A stretch of 64,000 nt of DNA from Tubulanus polymorphus (GCF_964204645.1 NC_134026.1:9447950-9511949), one strand, 5' to 3'; counted from the stretch's first letter, positions 18,701-32,997 are shown. The notes: generated by a model from the letters alone, not told the origin. Made by a program: numbers and translations.

Positions 18701-19728
18701 ACTGTCCACCACAGAACTGATAATTCAGTCATTTTGTTCTCTTTTTTGCAGTACTCTTTTCACGAATACTAGTTGATAATCTTCCCGCTGGTGCTATGAA
18801 ATCATGGATTGTGTGTAACAGAGGTTGTTTTGTACTTGTCAAGTAAGTTGACAAAAACTTTCAGTGTAATTTTCATTCACTGGAACGACGCCATCATATT
18901 ATTCTTTGTAGTCTTCGTTAGTACGGGTACCGAACTTGTTTCATAAAACCAATATCAGCTGATATTCAGACTATGTTATTGTACATATACTTTCTTTGTT
19001 TTTGTAACAATGAAAAACCTTTTGGGAATGCATGTTTTAAGAAAGCAAAAACGAATGATTTGCAATTGACACCGTAATATCTTATCAATTATCAATATAA
19101 TGCGGGGTTACAGCTTTGTGATAGGGCCCTGTTACACTACACAAGAAAGGATTCCTATTGAGATAAGGCCATATAAAATAAATTACTACGTATCTGTATG
19201 ACTATAGTGATTGTTTAGACTGTTATGTTTCAAGAGTTCACATGTTTGGCAGCAGGAAGATGAATTTTGTGTATATAAAATGTTGTTAGTGTGATTTCTT
19301 ATCTGAAGCGCTAGTTTTATATCTTAGTTTTGAAATATATAAGTAAAACTCCAGGTGGCCGCTCAATTCGGAGCGGGCGTTGATGAGAATCAAGTAATTT
19401 ATTTTATATGGCCTTAAATGAATCAATGATTTAAGATTTAAACCTTTTAGTGCTAACAGGGTCTAAGGTCAGTTTGACTCATTACAACTATGGATTTCAA
19501 TTCAGATACGGTAGCCCACCCACTTCTATCAATGTCGTTTAAAATGTGACTTGTCGGTAAAAATGATTTTCTTATACATTTCCATGTCTCTGATTGTGTT
19601 TCAGTTTATTGGAATTAGCAGATAAGCATGTGACTACAGCCGTACAAAATGAAATATTACCAGAGAAAAAATCACTCAAGAAACTCAATTTTAAAGGGGC
19701 ACAAATTCTATTCAGCAAACTGACATGA
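9787..19728 (+). CDS. PUM3: Pumilio homolog 3 (Puf-A/Puf6/KIAA0020), nucleolar PUF-repeat protein, 15 coding exons, 656 aa
   Basis: Exons 9787-10144, 10508-10628, 10798-10873, 11756-11849, 12266-12332, 12477-12546, 13060-13164, 13286-13389, 13678-13753, 14989-15222, 16215-16357, 16443-16588, 18161-18322, 18752-18842, 19605-19728, phases consistent (1971 nt). Lys-rich N-terminus; motifs FAHDTTRVIQ, SKYAKF, HTRDGA..CLWYGTKKDRKLIIKSLK, FDVVDDT, DQYGRKVL, SKKDP..R..EL, EHPAGH, NRGCFVL. AATAAA at about 19768. Confidence 0.96.
11035..11707 (-). mobile_element. Non-autonomous Helitron (copy 1), PUM3 intron
   Basis: Closely similar to 17360-17998; 5' TC terminus, GC hairpin near the 3' end, 3' terminus CCAG variant. 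Confidence 0.8.
13904..14752 (+). mobile_element. Internally deleted hAT-like DNA transposon with zinc-finger transposase N-terminal remnant (14356-14619)
   Basis: TIR cagagatgctag / ctagcatctctg flanked by direct repeat taaagt; ORF with KFNWHWL...AYCIVC...RH....RH (BED-like C2H2). Confidence 0.75.
15396..15974. mobile_element. Tc1/mariner-type MITE
   Basis: TA|cagtcaactccc ... gggagttgactg|TA. Confidence 0.8.
16734..17183. mobile_element. MITE with GGCC termini (Zator-like)
   Basis: TIR of about 33 bp, ggccaaataaaaaaaattagttgtttatcgtcc / ggacgataaacaacaaattttttttatttggcc, flanked by tta/taa. Confidence 0.75.
17360..17998 (-). mobile_element. Non-autonomous Helitron (copy 2), PUM3 intron
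   Basis: Minus strand reads A|TCCAGG ... CCGCGCGGT-GGCGCA-ACCGCGCGG hairpin ... CTAG|T: canonical Helitron TC start, CTRR end, subterminal hairpin and A/T target. Confidence 0.85.
18423..18608. mobile_element. Short Tc1/mariner-type MITE
   Basis: ta-gagtagactctgtg ... cacaaggagtctactg-ta imperfect TIR. Confidence 0.55.
19167..19413. mobile_element. MITE with GGCC termini (Zator-like)
   Basis: TIR ggccatataaaataaattact / agtaatttattttatatggcc flanked by taa/tta. Confidence 0.7.
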
Positions 19729-20197
19729 AGCTTGTAATGATTGAAAATTGATTATGATGTAATAGTGAATAAAGAGTCCACATATGTTGAATCCTCTCTC
19801 TGTCCAGTTATTTTTTTGGTCTTTAATTTTGGGGATAATAATCTGGTCTGGGTCAGTTGCTCGAAATGTGGTTGATGACAACCACCGCCATGGGTGGATA
19901 GGAAGGACATGAGAATTTCCTTTAAGTGATCTCTGAGCGGTCGAGCCTCATACGTCTTACCAAAAATAAATTTGATATCTTCGCAAAATACGTTTTAAGT
20001 TGTTGATACTTGGGGACCTTGGCTCTGTATAACTACAAGCACATATGAGCGAAAAGGTCAGATTGGTCATTACTGATGTTTTTATTTGGTAATTAGTATG
20101 ATTCACTTCAACTCAAGGTCGTTGCGCGTGGTTAAAGCATGTAGTCAACATTTCTACTTTTTCACTGAAATTTACGCCTTATTTCACTTAATATCAA

Positions 20198-23100
20198 ATG
20201 GCATCGTCAACAGCATTAACAGAGGTATGCAACAAATTCATTTCCAGTAAATTAATTTTGCGTTTCTATAAAAAAAACCTTGAATCGAGTTAAAACACCA
20301 CTGTCTCAGTCAGTGTCTGTCTGTACCGCACCTTTCTTTCAGGGTTCACCCAGTCCTGAGAATGGCCGGTTCGCGGAGCTCCGTATACTGCCTATACTAA
20401 AGAGCTCGCGTGAACCACCCACCCAGTCACGTAGTCGTTATTTTACGTCGAAATTGCCAACTGGCACTCAGTCAGCACTTTAACCACTCAGTACTCGGCA
20501 ACTACTCATCCGATTTCAATTTGAAATTTTACACTGACCTTATGTCGTTATCTTTTCATTGTTTACATTCCAAAGAATATATTTGAAGTTCAAGTGGATG
20601 GAAATTGCCTCTAGAAATATTTTAGTACCGCTTTTGTTTTACTAAAAAATGGTTCCTCGCCAGACTCGCCCGCATGAAAAAATCAATATCTTAAGCAACA
20701 CAACAATAGATACCACTCTGCGCGACTCGTGGATATTTGACAAGTCATGAAAAATCGTTTCATAAACAAAATACGATGACAAAATGTCTAAATAAACACA
20801 ACAGTAAGAACAAGAAAGATCAGAGGTTTGCAATGATGGTTTATTTTTTTTAATCGGTTGAATGAGAGCTGAGTAGTGATGATATAATAAGAGTTGAATT
20901 AAAAAGAATTTAAAATCACCGCGTATATGGCTTCCGCGACTTAGTGTCAGGGGTCGCGTTAGGCGATATACCACTGACACTAAGGTTCTCAGTGAACTTC
21001 AGGGGGCAGTTGCTGAAAAATTGAGTTGGTTTGAGGTGACCAGTGGATAGATGTTAACATAGTGACAATTAAATGTTACTATAGTATTACCGCTGGTTAT
21101 CTTTAACCAACCTTTGGCCAACTGCCCCCCCCCCAAGAGTGATCTACTAACTTGAACTTAAAGTTAAACCATCGTCGTTGTTGAACAGAGCAGAGCCCAG
21201 GCCTACAACATTTGGTATACTGACAAGTACTATCTCCTGTTTGTTTGTAAAGAATTTGTTGTTGTTGCAGAGGATTCTCGTCAGCGAGCACGAGGACCAT
21301 CGATAAAGAAAACAATCCTATCGATAGCATACAATGCTAACTACTCACTTAGCATACACCTTCCTACTAGTAAAATGAAAACATGTTTTCTAGGGCAATC
21401 ACACTTGGGTGGAGCATTGATTTAGGACCCTCCAGCATGTGATGACTCCCTTTCTTGCCATGGGTAGCCCCACAGGTTTCAAAAGAGGAAATTGAATTGT
21501 CCTGGTCATCGGTCCTCCTTATTACCGAGATGACGCTATTTACCGAGATGAACCGAGATGACATGAAATATAACGTATTTATTTATTCCCTATCAATTTT
21601 AACACTTAAAATCATATTATATCAGTAATAGATACCTGCTGGAATCGTTTTTACATATTTTGTTGATTTTTTTTGGAGAAAAATAACTTTTAACTTTACT
21701 GAGACGAGATCATCCATCAATCAAATTCAATGAAATTTTATTGCTAACCGAGATGACGTATTTGAAGATACATGTCACGATTTAGGACCGTAAGGTACAT
21801 CGCAGAGCAAATTGTGGCCCCCAATCTGTCAAGTTATGTAGCCTATAGGGTTAATTGAATAATATTGCAATTAACAATAGGAAACGCAAATACTTGAATT
21901 GTATCTTCAACACAACTTATTTTTTCAATAAAAGTTTGTAAAATTATTTGAAGTCAATATTTTTTCTACGAAATATGTAAAATATGACTCAAGAAGGTAT
22001 TTATTACTGATATAACATGATTTCAAGTGTTAAAACAGTTAAGAAATTAACAAAAATGTTATACTTCATGTCATCTCGGTAAATTGTGTCATCTTGGTAA
22101 TTAGGAAGACCCCTGGTCATCTAGGAGACGATAGGTGATTGATAGTAACAAAGACATTTTTATATTTCTATATAGGTTATATTTACAACAGAGTCTACTG
22201 GACAGCTGTGGAATGTCGGCGTTTGGGACGCTAGTAACGGAACTAATTTAGCAGCGTATAAAGGATCGACGACTGGACAGCGATCTCTGGCGCTATTAGG
22301 AAACGATTATATATTGGGCGCCGCAAGCAATAAACCTCTCATTCACGTTTGGAGCTTACAGAAAAAAGTAAAAATATGATGTAACGCTTTTTTAGTAACC
22401 TTTGAAAATCTTCCCTCATTCTTGAGGGCACTGTGCCACACTCAATTCTGCCAGTTGACATGCGTTACAATCAGACAACAAAATTTAGATGATTTTTAAT
22501 TAATTTTCATTTAGATTTTTAACCCCCCCCCCCCCCCCCCATTAGTCAAATCATACCTCAACTCAAATTGATCCGTCAGAGTTCATATTTGGTACAATAT
22601 CTATTTGTCATTCATTGAATTGAATTTGAGAAACTATGGATGTATTTCATTTAAATCATGAGATGGAATTGAGCATCGATGTCTGAAAGCTCACTGTTGC
22701 TGCTTGGTGGATCCTCAATTGTTAAACGCTGAAAATCAGAATTTCCCCAAGCTTATGGATGGATTTAGAACTGCTTTGTCCTATTTCTTTTTATTGCCTA
22801 CCATTTTTCTTCCTCAGACATTTTTCTTCCTCATTTCCTTCATAGAAAAGATGTTTAAATTTTGTTAATAACAGTGCCTGGCATTGGAACTGTAGCGATA
22901 ATTTACTGAATGATGTTTTTTTAGCCAACTTGGGACTTTAGTCCCAGCGGGCTATTGCGTTCACTTTTCGTCCGTCGTCCGTCCGTAGACGGAATCCAGT
23001 TATTTTGGGAAGTTTTGAAGACGCTTCAATGTAATATCTTGATATTTGGGTTACACATGTATCTACCCTAGACACATCTTCAGCCCAAAAACTGGCCCTG

Positions 23101-26100
23101 TCAGAATCAAGATGGCCGACTGGCAGCCATTGTTGTTCGCCAAAATCAGCACTTCTCACACATTTTTGAAGTTTTTGAGGGAAATTTTCAAGACGCTTGA
23201 AAGAAAGGTGAGTTTCAAGGTCATTGGTTTTTGTATATGGCCACCAGGGGGTGTTGAATAATACAATAACTTAGTATTTCTGTATTATATTTGTACCTAT
23301 GCATATTTTGTTACCACAATCAATTGCAAAGTTGTAGCTCATGACATCGTCTATAATTGTGGTGAGTTTTAAGGACATAAATTATTCTATATGGTCACCA
23401 GGGGGCGTTGAATAGTAGTATAACTTAGTATTTCCTTATTAGATTGGTACCTAGGCATATTTTGTTACCATGATTGATTGTTAAGTTGTAGTTCATGACA
23501 TGGTCTATGATTGTGGTGAGTTTCAAGGTCTTTGGGTTTTGCATATGGTCACCAGGGGGCGTTGAATAGTAAAGTAACTCCAAAGTAACTCCCATATCAA
23601 ATTGGTAACGAGGCATATTTTGTTATCGCAATCAATTATAAAATCGTAGCTGCTAACATGTTTTATGATTGTGGTTGGTTTCAAGGTCATTGGTTTTTGT
23701 ATATGGTCACCAGGGGGCGTTGAATATTGAAATTGTTAGATTGTTGAGCATTTGAAACCACTTCCCAGGTCGGCATGGTGTCCCTGGACCTCTAGCTTTC
23801 TTTGAATGCCACGTTTTTGAAGAAATTAAGTAAATTCGCCGCGGCAATATTTAGAACCTGTCCAAAATCGGTATTTGGCCGCTGCATTCAAAATTTGCTT
23901 CCAACGCACCTGAATAAATTGAAGTGGGCATCACCCACAAACTACAAAAGCAAACCTGATCAGATAGATCCTCGCTTGCCACAAGTTGATTCACCAATTG
24001 CCTCAGTAGCATTGTCTGGACCCCATTACTGTTGACCTCGCTTTAGCCTAATCATCAGCATGTAATTTGTCATTCTGGCTTAATCGTCATTTTTCTTTGA
24101 GAAAAGATAAACGCTTTGCTATCTCTTTTAACATTTTTGGTGGTTAATTTGTCATAGATAAGTCATCATTTTGCTTTAATCGTCATTATTTTGCCAGTTC
24201 CTGGATGCTGCTTATACATGAAATAACATCAGTTAAACTGCCACTGCATAAATGAATATAAAAGGGGTGCAGCACTGTTAATTTATCAAGCCATACGCTG
24301 TTGATCATCACACGGTCCCGGTTAGCATTGAAGCGCGCAACTACATGTATATACAAAACCAAGTACATACATGTACGTATTACATATACCTCATCGTGTT
24401 CATTCATTCATAGTATATAGAGCCTTAGTGCAAAGATTGATCAACAAAATGGTGCCAAAAAGTTTGTAAGAACTTCATTCAAAAAAATCCGTTCATAAGA
24501 ATAACACATTTGTTGACAGTGAGCAGTTGACAGCTTTCGTCAGTGTGGTTTAACTAGGGTTCCCACAGGTTTTGAAAAGTCTTGGAAAGTTTTGGAAAAA
24601 GGGAATTTTTTTTTCCAGGCCCTGGAAAAGGTATGGAAAATCAGAAAATGACCTCAAAATAAAAATTTCCTTCAATTTTGAATTATAGGCTGTAGGTCTA
24701 TGCCAATTGTCGCCATTAAGAATTTTGATAACCAAAAGGAGTTGTCATTTTCCAGATAACAGCTTGTCTATAGCCACTACACATTTGAGAACAATCTTTA
24801 TGAAAACACTTTGTGAATGGTATTGATAATTGCCACTAATTTACTTAGAAGGGTAATTTGGTTTTAGTATAGGCTACGAATAAGTGCATATGAAAAAAAA
24901 TGTGTGGTTTGTCTTAGATTAAGACACAGAGACGCATTCTATCAATAACTTTCTCCTCAATGACCTACGTTGTCTGTTTCTAGAGGTAACAGGTAAAAAT
25001 CCCCCTGGTAAATATCCCCCAGTAAAAATCTCCTAGGTTGGCGATATATAACTTAGTGGTATGGAAAATTTATTATTTGGGTATGGGAAAAGTATGGAAA
25101 AGGTATTAACAATGATATTGGCCCACCTATTGGAACCCTAGCGAGAGTAACGAAGTTATCATTACGTACCAATTTTATTTTCACCTCATTATGGGTAACG
25201 TATGGAAATTACCTAGCCCATCAGATACATCCCATGATTACAGGGGTTCCATAGATAAACAAAGACTGGTGATATGAGTCAGAACGTCAAAATGCACTCA
25301 ATTCGTCAGTCGGATAAATCATCATTTTTGAGCCAGTCGACTGTATAATATCGCCTAAAATGAAAGAACGGACTGATATAATTGTTTGTGTCTTGAATTT
25401 TAGGAACAGCATCAATTGAGAATTGTTTGTCCAGGAAAAGTAAACGCATTGGCAATCAGTCCAGATGGGAATTACTGTGTTGCAGCCATAGCAGAAAAAC
25501 TTCACATTTGGCAGGTACGTGTAGTCTTTTGAATTGACTTAGCAAGAGAAAATTGATGATAGGCCTAATAATAGGTAGTATTTTAAGTTCTTATATCTGC
25601 AATGATAATGATAAGTGGTATTAGCATTATTACCCTATACGGTATGTATCTCTCCTTGTAAAGAAGTAAAATTCAACTTAAAGCAGCACAGTCAAGCAGG
25701 GTACCCCATGTGTAAGAAATCTTTGATGATCGTTTTTCTTGACGTAAAAGGGCAACCTCGAGTAGGGAGACCCCCTCCTTGATTCACAGGTGCTCCATTG
25801 AAATTGTGCTCTACAAAAAAAAAGTGTACGAAAGTTGTGTACGTAAACAAGGTTGTTGAGGCTAGGACATTAAGTGAAATCAGTCTCCATAGTGTGGTAC
25901 TCTATTAAGTTGAGGGTTTTCTGTTTTTTCACTTATAGATAAAATCTGGAAATTTGTTAGCCGTCCTGTCTCATCATTACCAAAACATAAACTGCGTCCG
26001 CTTCACCGATGATGGAAGCTATTTTCTCTCGGGAGGTGATGATAATTTGGTACTTGTGTGGAAGTTAGTCAAGTAAGTACCCTGTGATAAGACGTAGCTG

Positions 26101-29100
26101 TTAGGAAACCTTTCTTTACTTAAGAAAATTGTAGACAAGACCACAAACATTTTAGTTAATTGTTTGTCTTGCTATGCATTGCTTTACATCATTCACTGGT
26201 TTTCCAAGACCAGAGTCTATTGGATTATTGGATTATTCATTTTAATTTGCAATAGCTCTCACATTTGAAAGCAGCCACCACTCACTACTGATAGTGAATG
26301 CAACGGTATCACAATTTACCCCGCAGGGTTTCTGAGGCCACTGACTTCTTGAGTAAATTATTTCTATCAACATCCTCTCGTGGGTGCTGCCAACAGCTAG
26401 TAAACCTATATACAAATATATCAAACAGCAGTAGCAATCCTAATGCATTAGATCTATGTAATGGTTTGAATCAGCGTGCCTTAATGATTGCGTCACTTTA
26501 AAAATGGATTAAACTTATTCCAGATTTTGATATCTCTTTGAGCAAAGATTTTCAGCTTAAGAATCATAAATTTTTCGTTTTAAAAAGGCGTGTTACAATT
26601 TATGCTGTATTTGTAACAGAAAAATTGTACGTATTTTTAAGTGTTTTGTCATCTGAGGAGAAACAGTCCCTTGATCCACATCACACGTGGTCCAGTCACT
26701 CACTGCCTATTACAGATATATACTGTGGCTATGGAGGAGCACATGCGAGAGTGGCCACATCTTCCCTTGACCAAACATGCAAAGTATGTACCATTTAAAC
26801 GATTCTTGAACAATTTGATTCGGTTTATGAGTAATCTGGATTGAATGTCATAATTTTAGATGCAATTTATATAAAGTGATACCATCAAATCAATTATTTT
26901 TTTTTGCAGTTATGGGATCTATCATCCGGCGAATTGTTGTGTTCATTTTTATTTGAATCTTGTATCACATCTGTTATGATGGATCCAGCCGAACATCATC
27001 TGTTTTCTGGTGGGGTTCATGGTCAGATCTATCAGGTCAACTTATATGACAAGGTGAGTTATTATGTCCACTCAAGATAGGGGAAGTCTTCATAGACTGA
27101 TATCACTGTCTATCCCTTGGCATATGTATGGAGAGAGGTCAGTAACCACCATTGTGAATCTCAACCTAGCTTCAGCAGAGTTCAACATTGAATTTAATTC
27201 TCATGAATTTGTTCATTTTCGCAACCTGTAATGGAAACTCCAGTCATATTTCTTTTTCAACGGATGAACCTGGTCTTACTGAAGTCTAGATCGCAATGTT
27301 TTGGTTCCATCTTTTCCATGGTAATCTGTGGCTAAGATGAATTCAAATGCATTGATAAGGATATTTCAAGGACAAATCCTGATTCTAGAAAATTTAGAAA
27401 TACAGGTAACCCCCGATATACCGCCCACATCGGTGCAGTATGGTTTTGTCGTATAGAGAGTTATGCGGTATATCGGGGATTTTTACTATGTATTTGTATA
27501 GATATGTACATTAAGAAAACCTGGCAGTAGGCGGGGTGGCGGGATATGGTAGGGCGGTATGTTGTTTAGCAGGTGGTAAATATGTAACAAAAATGATAGA
27601 TGAATTGGATCAAATGAAATATGTGTATAGCTACTCTGTAATTGTTAATTGGTTGTTGCGCTGGCTTATATAGGCCGCAGGTTTTTACCTCCAATGCAAT
27701 AAGTCCTTGTAAAAATTATATATTGGCTTTGATTCTTGTGCTTTTGAGAATCTTTGACATCCTGCATGGACTATCATTTCAGATTGACAGTCAAAATTCA
27801 GAAAAAAAGGAAATATTTCAAGGGCATAGGTTCGTTTACCGATTCATTTCGATATAATTTCTTTGATATAGGATTTACACTTGTCATTGTTATTGCTGCG
27901 AGCTCATTGATTTCTATATTAGTTCACTAAGGACCAAGTTGAATATGAAATCGTCAGATTGTCAAGAATTTTACCAAGTGGGCAAGGTGTCCGTGGACCC
28001 CTAGGTATCATATAATAGTAACAACACTTGTTTTGGACAAAATATTCATTATCTAAGTGGTATTGCTACCTGGTAGTCAAACTCTAGTTTAAAGGTATTG
28101 TTGTCTGGTGGCATTTGTAATCAGTCGTTAGATCATTTCAAGGGCTCAGGTGATGGCTTTGAATGCATTTGAAACCCAGGAAATGACACTCGGAAAGAAA
28201 TATTTTGATAAAGTATCAAATGTCTGAGGGTGGTATTTCCAGGCTGCAGGTTGATAGTTGCATACATGAAACATATTTTTCATTCTCACAGCAAGCAGGT
28301 GAACTGTCTTACAACTTCATTTGATGGATCGACATTAGTTTCTGGGTCAAATGATTGTACAGTCAAAATATGGGACATCGATAGCCTTCAGTGTGTAAGA
28401 ACTCTGAAACATAAAGGTAGGGTAAACTAAATATTTGTTGAATTATTCAACTAGGGCGGAGAGTGATTTGAATCACCAATACTTTTTGAACTGTTTTTGA
28501 AAATTATGTAAAAAGATATTTCAACCGTCAAATACATGTAGAACTATTTTCTTGTTTTAACAGGCTCTGTCATGAATGTAATAATAGCACCAGCACCGAT
28601 TGGTTTGTTTAGACCTGGTATCAAACCGCAGCATACTATCCAGCCATTTAAACGTCATTTACACAATTCTGAAATGGAGGAACAAGAATCCGTTGATATT
28701 TGCATGTATTTACAATCGGCTGATGTAAGTATTGAATAGAGGTTACTTTTAAGAACTTACATAATCAAAACAGATACAATAAACACCTTCTAACTAAAGC
28801 TGATTCGGTCCAATTGTTTTTATGAGAGTTGGACAATAGTAAGACAATGGAAATTCAATGGTTGTTTCATAATTGTATTATTGATATGTTCTTATAGTTG
28901 GGGGTTGTTAATATGGTTAATAGAATAGGTAGTTCATCATGTGAAACATGATAATATTTGAAGAGTACCCACTCTCTTGGATATGAATGTTTACGGTACA
29001 GCCTAGAAGTGACTTGTGAAATAGAAACGCATATCAAACTAGTTACTATCGCAGTTCATATTCAACATGTTCTGCGTGCGTGCATCAAACGCACATATGT

Positions 29101-30287
29101 AATAATAATAGCATCCTTCTCTTGGAGTGCAACTTTCAATATTTGGATGAATACATGCTTATGCATGCAGTAACATTATCAAAACACCATTAGGCATTTG
29201 AAGTTTTGTTACATCCTTACGCGTGCAGCGAAACGCGTCTTACCAGTGATTACGATTGATTCTGAAACACGTATTCGTCCCAGACAAGTGCCAAACGTGT
29301 CCAAAACTAAACGGAAATGAAGAACAGAACGCGATTCGAATGATATAAAACTAAACGCAAACGAAAACAAAGTTATGAGCCCTCAAGTAGGCTGTAGCGT
29401 AGTTGAATTTTCATTTCCTGTCTGCTGCCACTTCCCAATGACAACCTGCTTAGTCACCATAACTTCAGCCATTCAATTTCACTATGATAAACTGGGACCT
29501 GGAGAAAAGTTTTAGCTAGAATGACCATTAGAATGTTTGAGAAATTGGATCTGGATGTACGTACATACATTGAATTAGTGGCAGTTTTGTTAGTTTCATT
29601 GAAAATCATGATAGTTACATGATCCATGTATTGTTCATTTAGGTACCAGAAAAAAATAATATGGATGTTGACAAGTTATGTCGAGATGAGTGGAAACGTC
29701 AGGTCAGTAAATTTTGATTTCTAATACCAGTACTTAGGTCTTAATCAGCCACCTTAGGTAGATGAAGGAAATTTCCTGAAGTCCCTTTATTCTCCACGCC
29801 TTAAGATAATTGGGCAGAGAATAGTTACCACTTTCTAGACCAGTCTGCTAGTGAGCCAGAATAAACAGATCACCCAAACGTGCTTGAGCAAATGAATGAT
29901 AAACCATTCAAGTCTGGGAATGTGGCCTAGTGACACTAAGCCTGGCAAGTGAAGATCGACTAAAGCAGCAATTATTGAAGATTTGTAAGGTGTACATGTA
30001 CATCTTGTGTAGTAGTTGTAGATGTTAAAGCGCACTATATCTAACTTTTGGTACTGCTTCGTATCTAGTTTTAACTCACTGCTGTTACAGGTCCTCAAAA
30101 AATTTTTGTTTGGAAGTAATACAACTATTCTTTACTCTTACTTGCATCTTTTTAGGAATCAAAAGGTGATTTGCAGACATCGGAAATCATTGTTGAAAAT
30201 CTACGGAAAGAGGTTGAGACTCTGAAAGATATCAATCGACAATTGTATGAATATACTATCAAAGAATTACTGAACAATAAAGTGTAG
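20198..30287 (+). CDS. WDR18: WD repeat-containing protein 18 (Ipi3 homolog, rixosome/PELP1 complex), 11 coding exons, 424 aa
   Basis: Exons 20198-20224, 22176-22367, 25404-25514, 25939-26072, 26642-26783, 26910-27053, 27783-27829, 28292-28416, 28564-28724, 29643-29702, 30156-30287, phases consistent (1275 nt). Motifs: [84 protein letters not shown]-terminal coiled coil LK.INRQLY. Confidence 0.95.
21002..21128. mobile_element. Small palindromic MITE (related copy at about 17203-17329)
   Basis: ggggcagttg ... caactgcccc termini; internal ccagtggatag..ggttatctttaaccaacc shared with the 17.2 kb copy. Confidence 0.6.
21511..22111. mobile_element. Mutator-like MITE with 10-bp TSD, WDR18 intron 1
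   Basis: Long imperfect TIR ggtcctccttattaccgagatgac / gtcatcttggtaattaggaagacc; identical cctggtcatc at 21501-21510 and 22112-22121. Confidence 0.8.
22916..23795 (+). mobile_element. DINE-1/HINE-like (Helentron-associated) element, copy 1
   Basis: T-run start, subterminal inverted repeat, gggactttagtccc hairpin, (GTCC)n tract, about four 154-bp internal tandem repeats, 3' stem-loop and CTAG end. Confidence 0.8.
24555..25140. mobile_element. hAT-like MITE
   Basis: tagggttcc ... ggaacccta termini with subterminal (t)ggaaaa repeats; no clear TSD. Confidence 0.55.
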
Positions 30288-32997
30288 CATTTACTTAACC
30301 TTGCTTTTGTTTTCTAACTTACCTTTGTATTTCGTTTCCACTCAAAGAAGAAGATGAAGTAGAACCTGTTCATTAATTTGGATGATTAACTTCGACCAAA
30401 TTCTCAGAAGTTTGCATTTCTTTGTGTTCATATTTGATGAACGGCCCTTTATATCACTACAGTCAAAGCTCGTTATAACGCCAGCCCCGGGACCGTCAAA
30501 ATTTTGGTGGTATAACGAATGTGGTGGTATAACGTAATGGCGATCATGAGAGGTGACATAGTATATAAGACGTGACTATTAACCAAATCCAGAATTAGAC
30601 ATTATTTGACCTTAATTTAGGAAAGGGTAAATGTCTTAGCTCATTTCATTTAGATAATGCGTTATCCTGTCGACCACAAAATGGCCACCCTTATGAATTA
30701 TCTTGTAAGCACGATAGAGCCTACAATTCTTGCTGGATTTACATGAAACTTATTTGAGGATTGGGGCAGGTAAGATGTCACCACTATTGAAAATTGAGGT
30801 CATCGAGCAGTCAGAGCAGGGATTGGTCGATTCTCCAAGAACCTACACCTAGTATTTCACATTCTGGTTTCCAACTCTGAAATAATCTACCACCGCCTTA
30901 CAGGAGCTGGTGCATAGAACACAAGTTAGAAATAAGAACATTTCTGTTACCGGTATGTTATGTCATGCCCATCACAATGAATTGGGAGTGAGAAAATTTG
31001 TATATATCAATGTAATAAAATAACTAGTGAAATTTGTGTGAAATGATATTTTTTATTATGTTCGGAGGAATACATATATAAAATACACCTAATTCATACA
31101 CTCGCATACGATCAACCTTAAATGAGATGGTGACGTCATGATCATAAACTTAGTCAAGCTCAACAAAATAAAACAAACTATTGCATTTAATAATCAATTA
31201 CGCAGTCATATCTTTTTTCTTTACAAAACAAAATAAATAAATGCCACTATATCTAATATAATGATAATAATAGAGTGCTTAGTTGAAAACAATTTCTTTC
31301 ACAAGGGAAAGAGAGATTTAAAACTTAAACTATCACAATTCTTATAGTTGTATCAAATAGTTCATTGCGGTCAATGCGACTCAAGGACCGAGTTCACAAA
31401 AAGTTAAAAAAATTTCTTGATTTCGTTGTAATTGTTTTGAAATCAAACGATTAAAGATGCATTTTGAATGAGTTGAATATCTTGAATTGATATCAAGTAC
31501 AAAGCAAGCCAATTTTTATATGGGAAAACCACATTTGGCATCATACAGTAATCAACAAAAAATGCTCGACCGAATGAGACGATTCTATTAACATAGGGTA
31601 TGATGAGAAAAAATTTCCAAATACATGTATGTTTATTTCCATGGAAGTCATTGTAAACTAATTTATTATCACTCAGATTGAGAATTAATCCTAAGTGATT
31701 AATGTTTAATGTGATAATTGCTTTACCCATATCAGTTGCAGCAAGGTCCCGCTACAAGTGTACTGCCTAGGGTTTTCGTTTTACTTGACTTATTCGGAAT
31801 GAGAGGAATAATATTACACTTTATCCAATAAACAGACTGGAGAATTGATAACCCAAAGAAATATTAACCGATTCAAAATGTTACAGTGTAACATTCAGAG
31901 TCTGTTGTGTAAGAATTTTTTTGATTACCGTATATAATTTAGCAATTCACAAATAGAAGAAAACAATTACTGTATATTACGATGCCTCGTTTCGTAGACA
32001 GAGTAAATAAATGTAGGTCCTGCTGTTTTGTCCATTTTTCTGTAATTTCTCTTCATGAAGATTAAAAAAATGACTTAAGTTCTTTAGATTGTGAAACAGA
32101 CCTTTTAAGCGCTATACCAGTATATATTGAATTAAGCAAAAGACAACTAAAATGGAACACTTTCAAATGAAATAAAGTCTCATTGGAATCAAATTATCAT
32201 CCAGCAAGTTTGCAGCTGAATGCATACGTATGTACAAGATCACACAAACAGTGTTAACATATGTCAAATTGCTGTAAATACATCATAACATCATTATGGA
32301 AATATTCCAGGATCAGAAAAATAGATAAACACCGGAAACCACATGCTTTTTAGCGATTATCAACAATTCAACTCCAAAAAAGACGATGCGTACCAGTAAA
32401 CAATTTTCCATCAAAATACTTCAGTACTTAAATGTTTGGTAGAATCAGGAAATTAAATTTTAAGTATGATTGTGATCATTTATCTTTAAAGAATCAGGAT
32501 TTTTCGCACTGGTATCACATCCTTGTAAGTGGGACCGATGATCAAAAAAGAGCAGTTTTCCTGAAGAAACTCAGTAAATGAACCAGTAAATAAAAATTCA
32601 GTCTGGTCCCAATCCCAAGGAGATCCAACGAAAGCATATTCTATTCTACCTCGATGTATATAATGAAATACTGACTATTATAGTAAACTACAGATACATC
32701 CATAGTATCCAAACATAAACCCCAAAGCACCTTTTAAGCGGATCAAGAAGAATTATTTTTGACGAATTTTTTTATGTGAAAGGCCGGATCCAGTTCCACA
32801 GTTCTAGGCTAAAATTCAACTCGAAGAGTTAAAACATTGGAAATGAACTAATTTCAACTATGGAATCAAGATCTGGAACTGTGGAATTAAGATCCTTGTT
32901 AAAGGGGACTCTCATAGGACTTAATAAATAGATGTAAATTTGTAGAAGAATTTACGCATACCGGTACATAATAATGAAATGCATGTTAACATAAATA

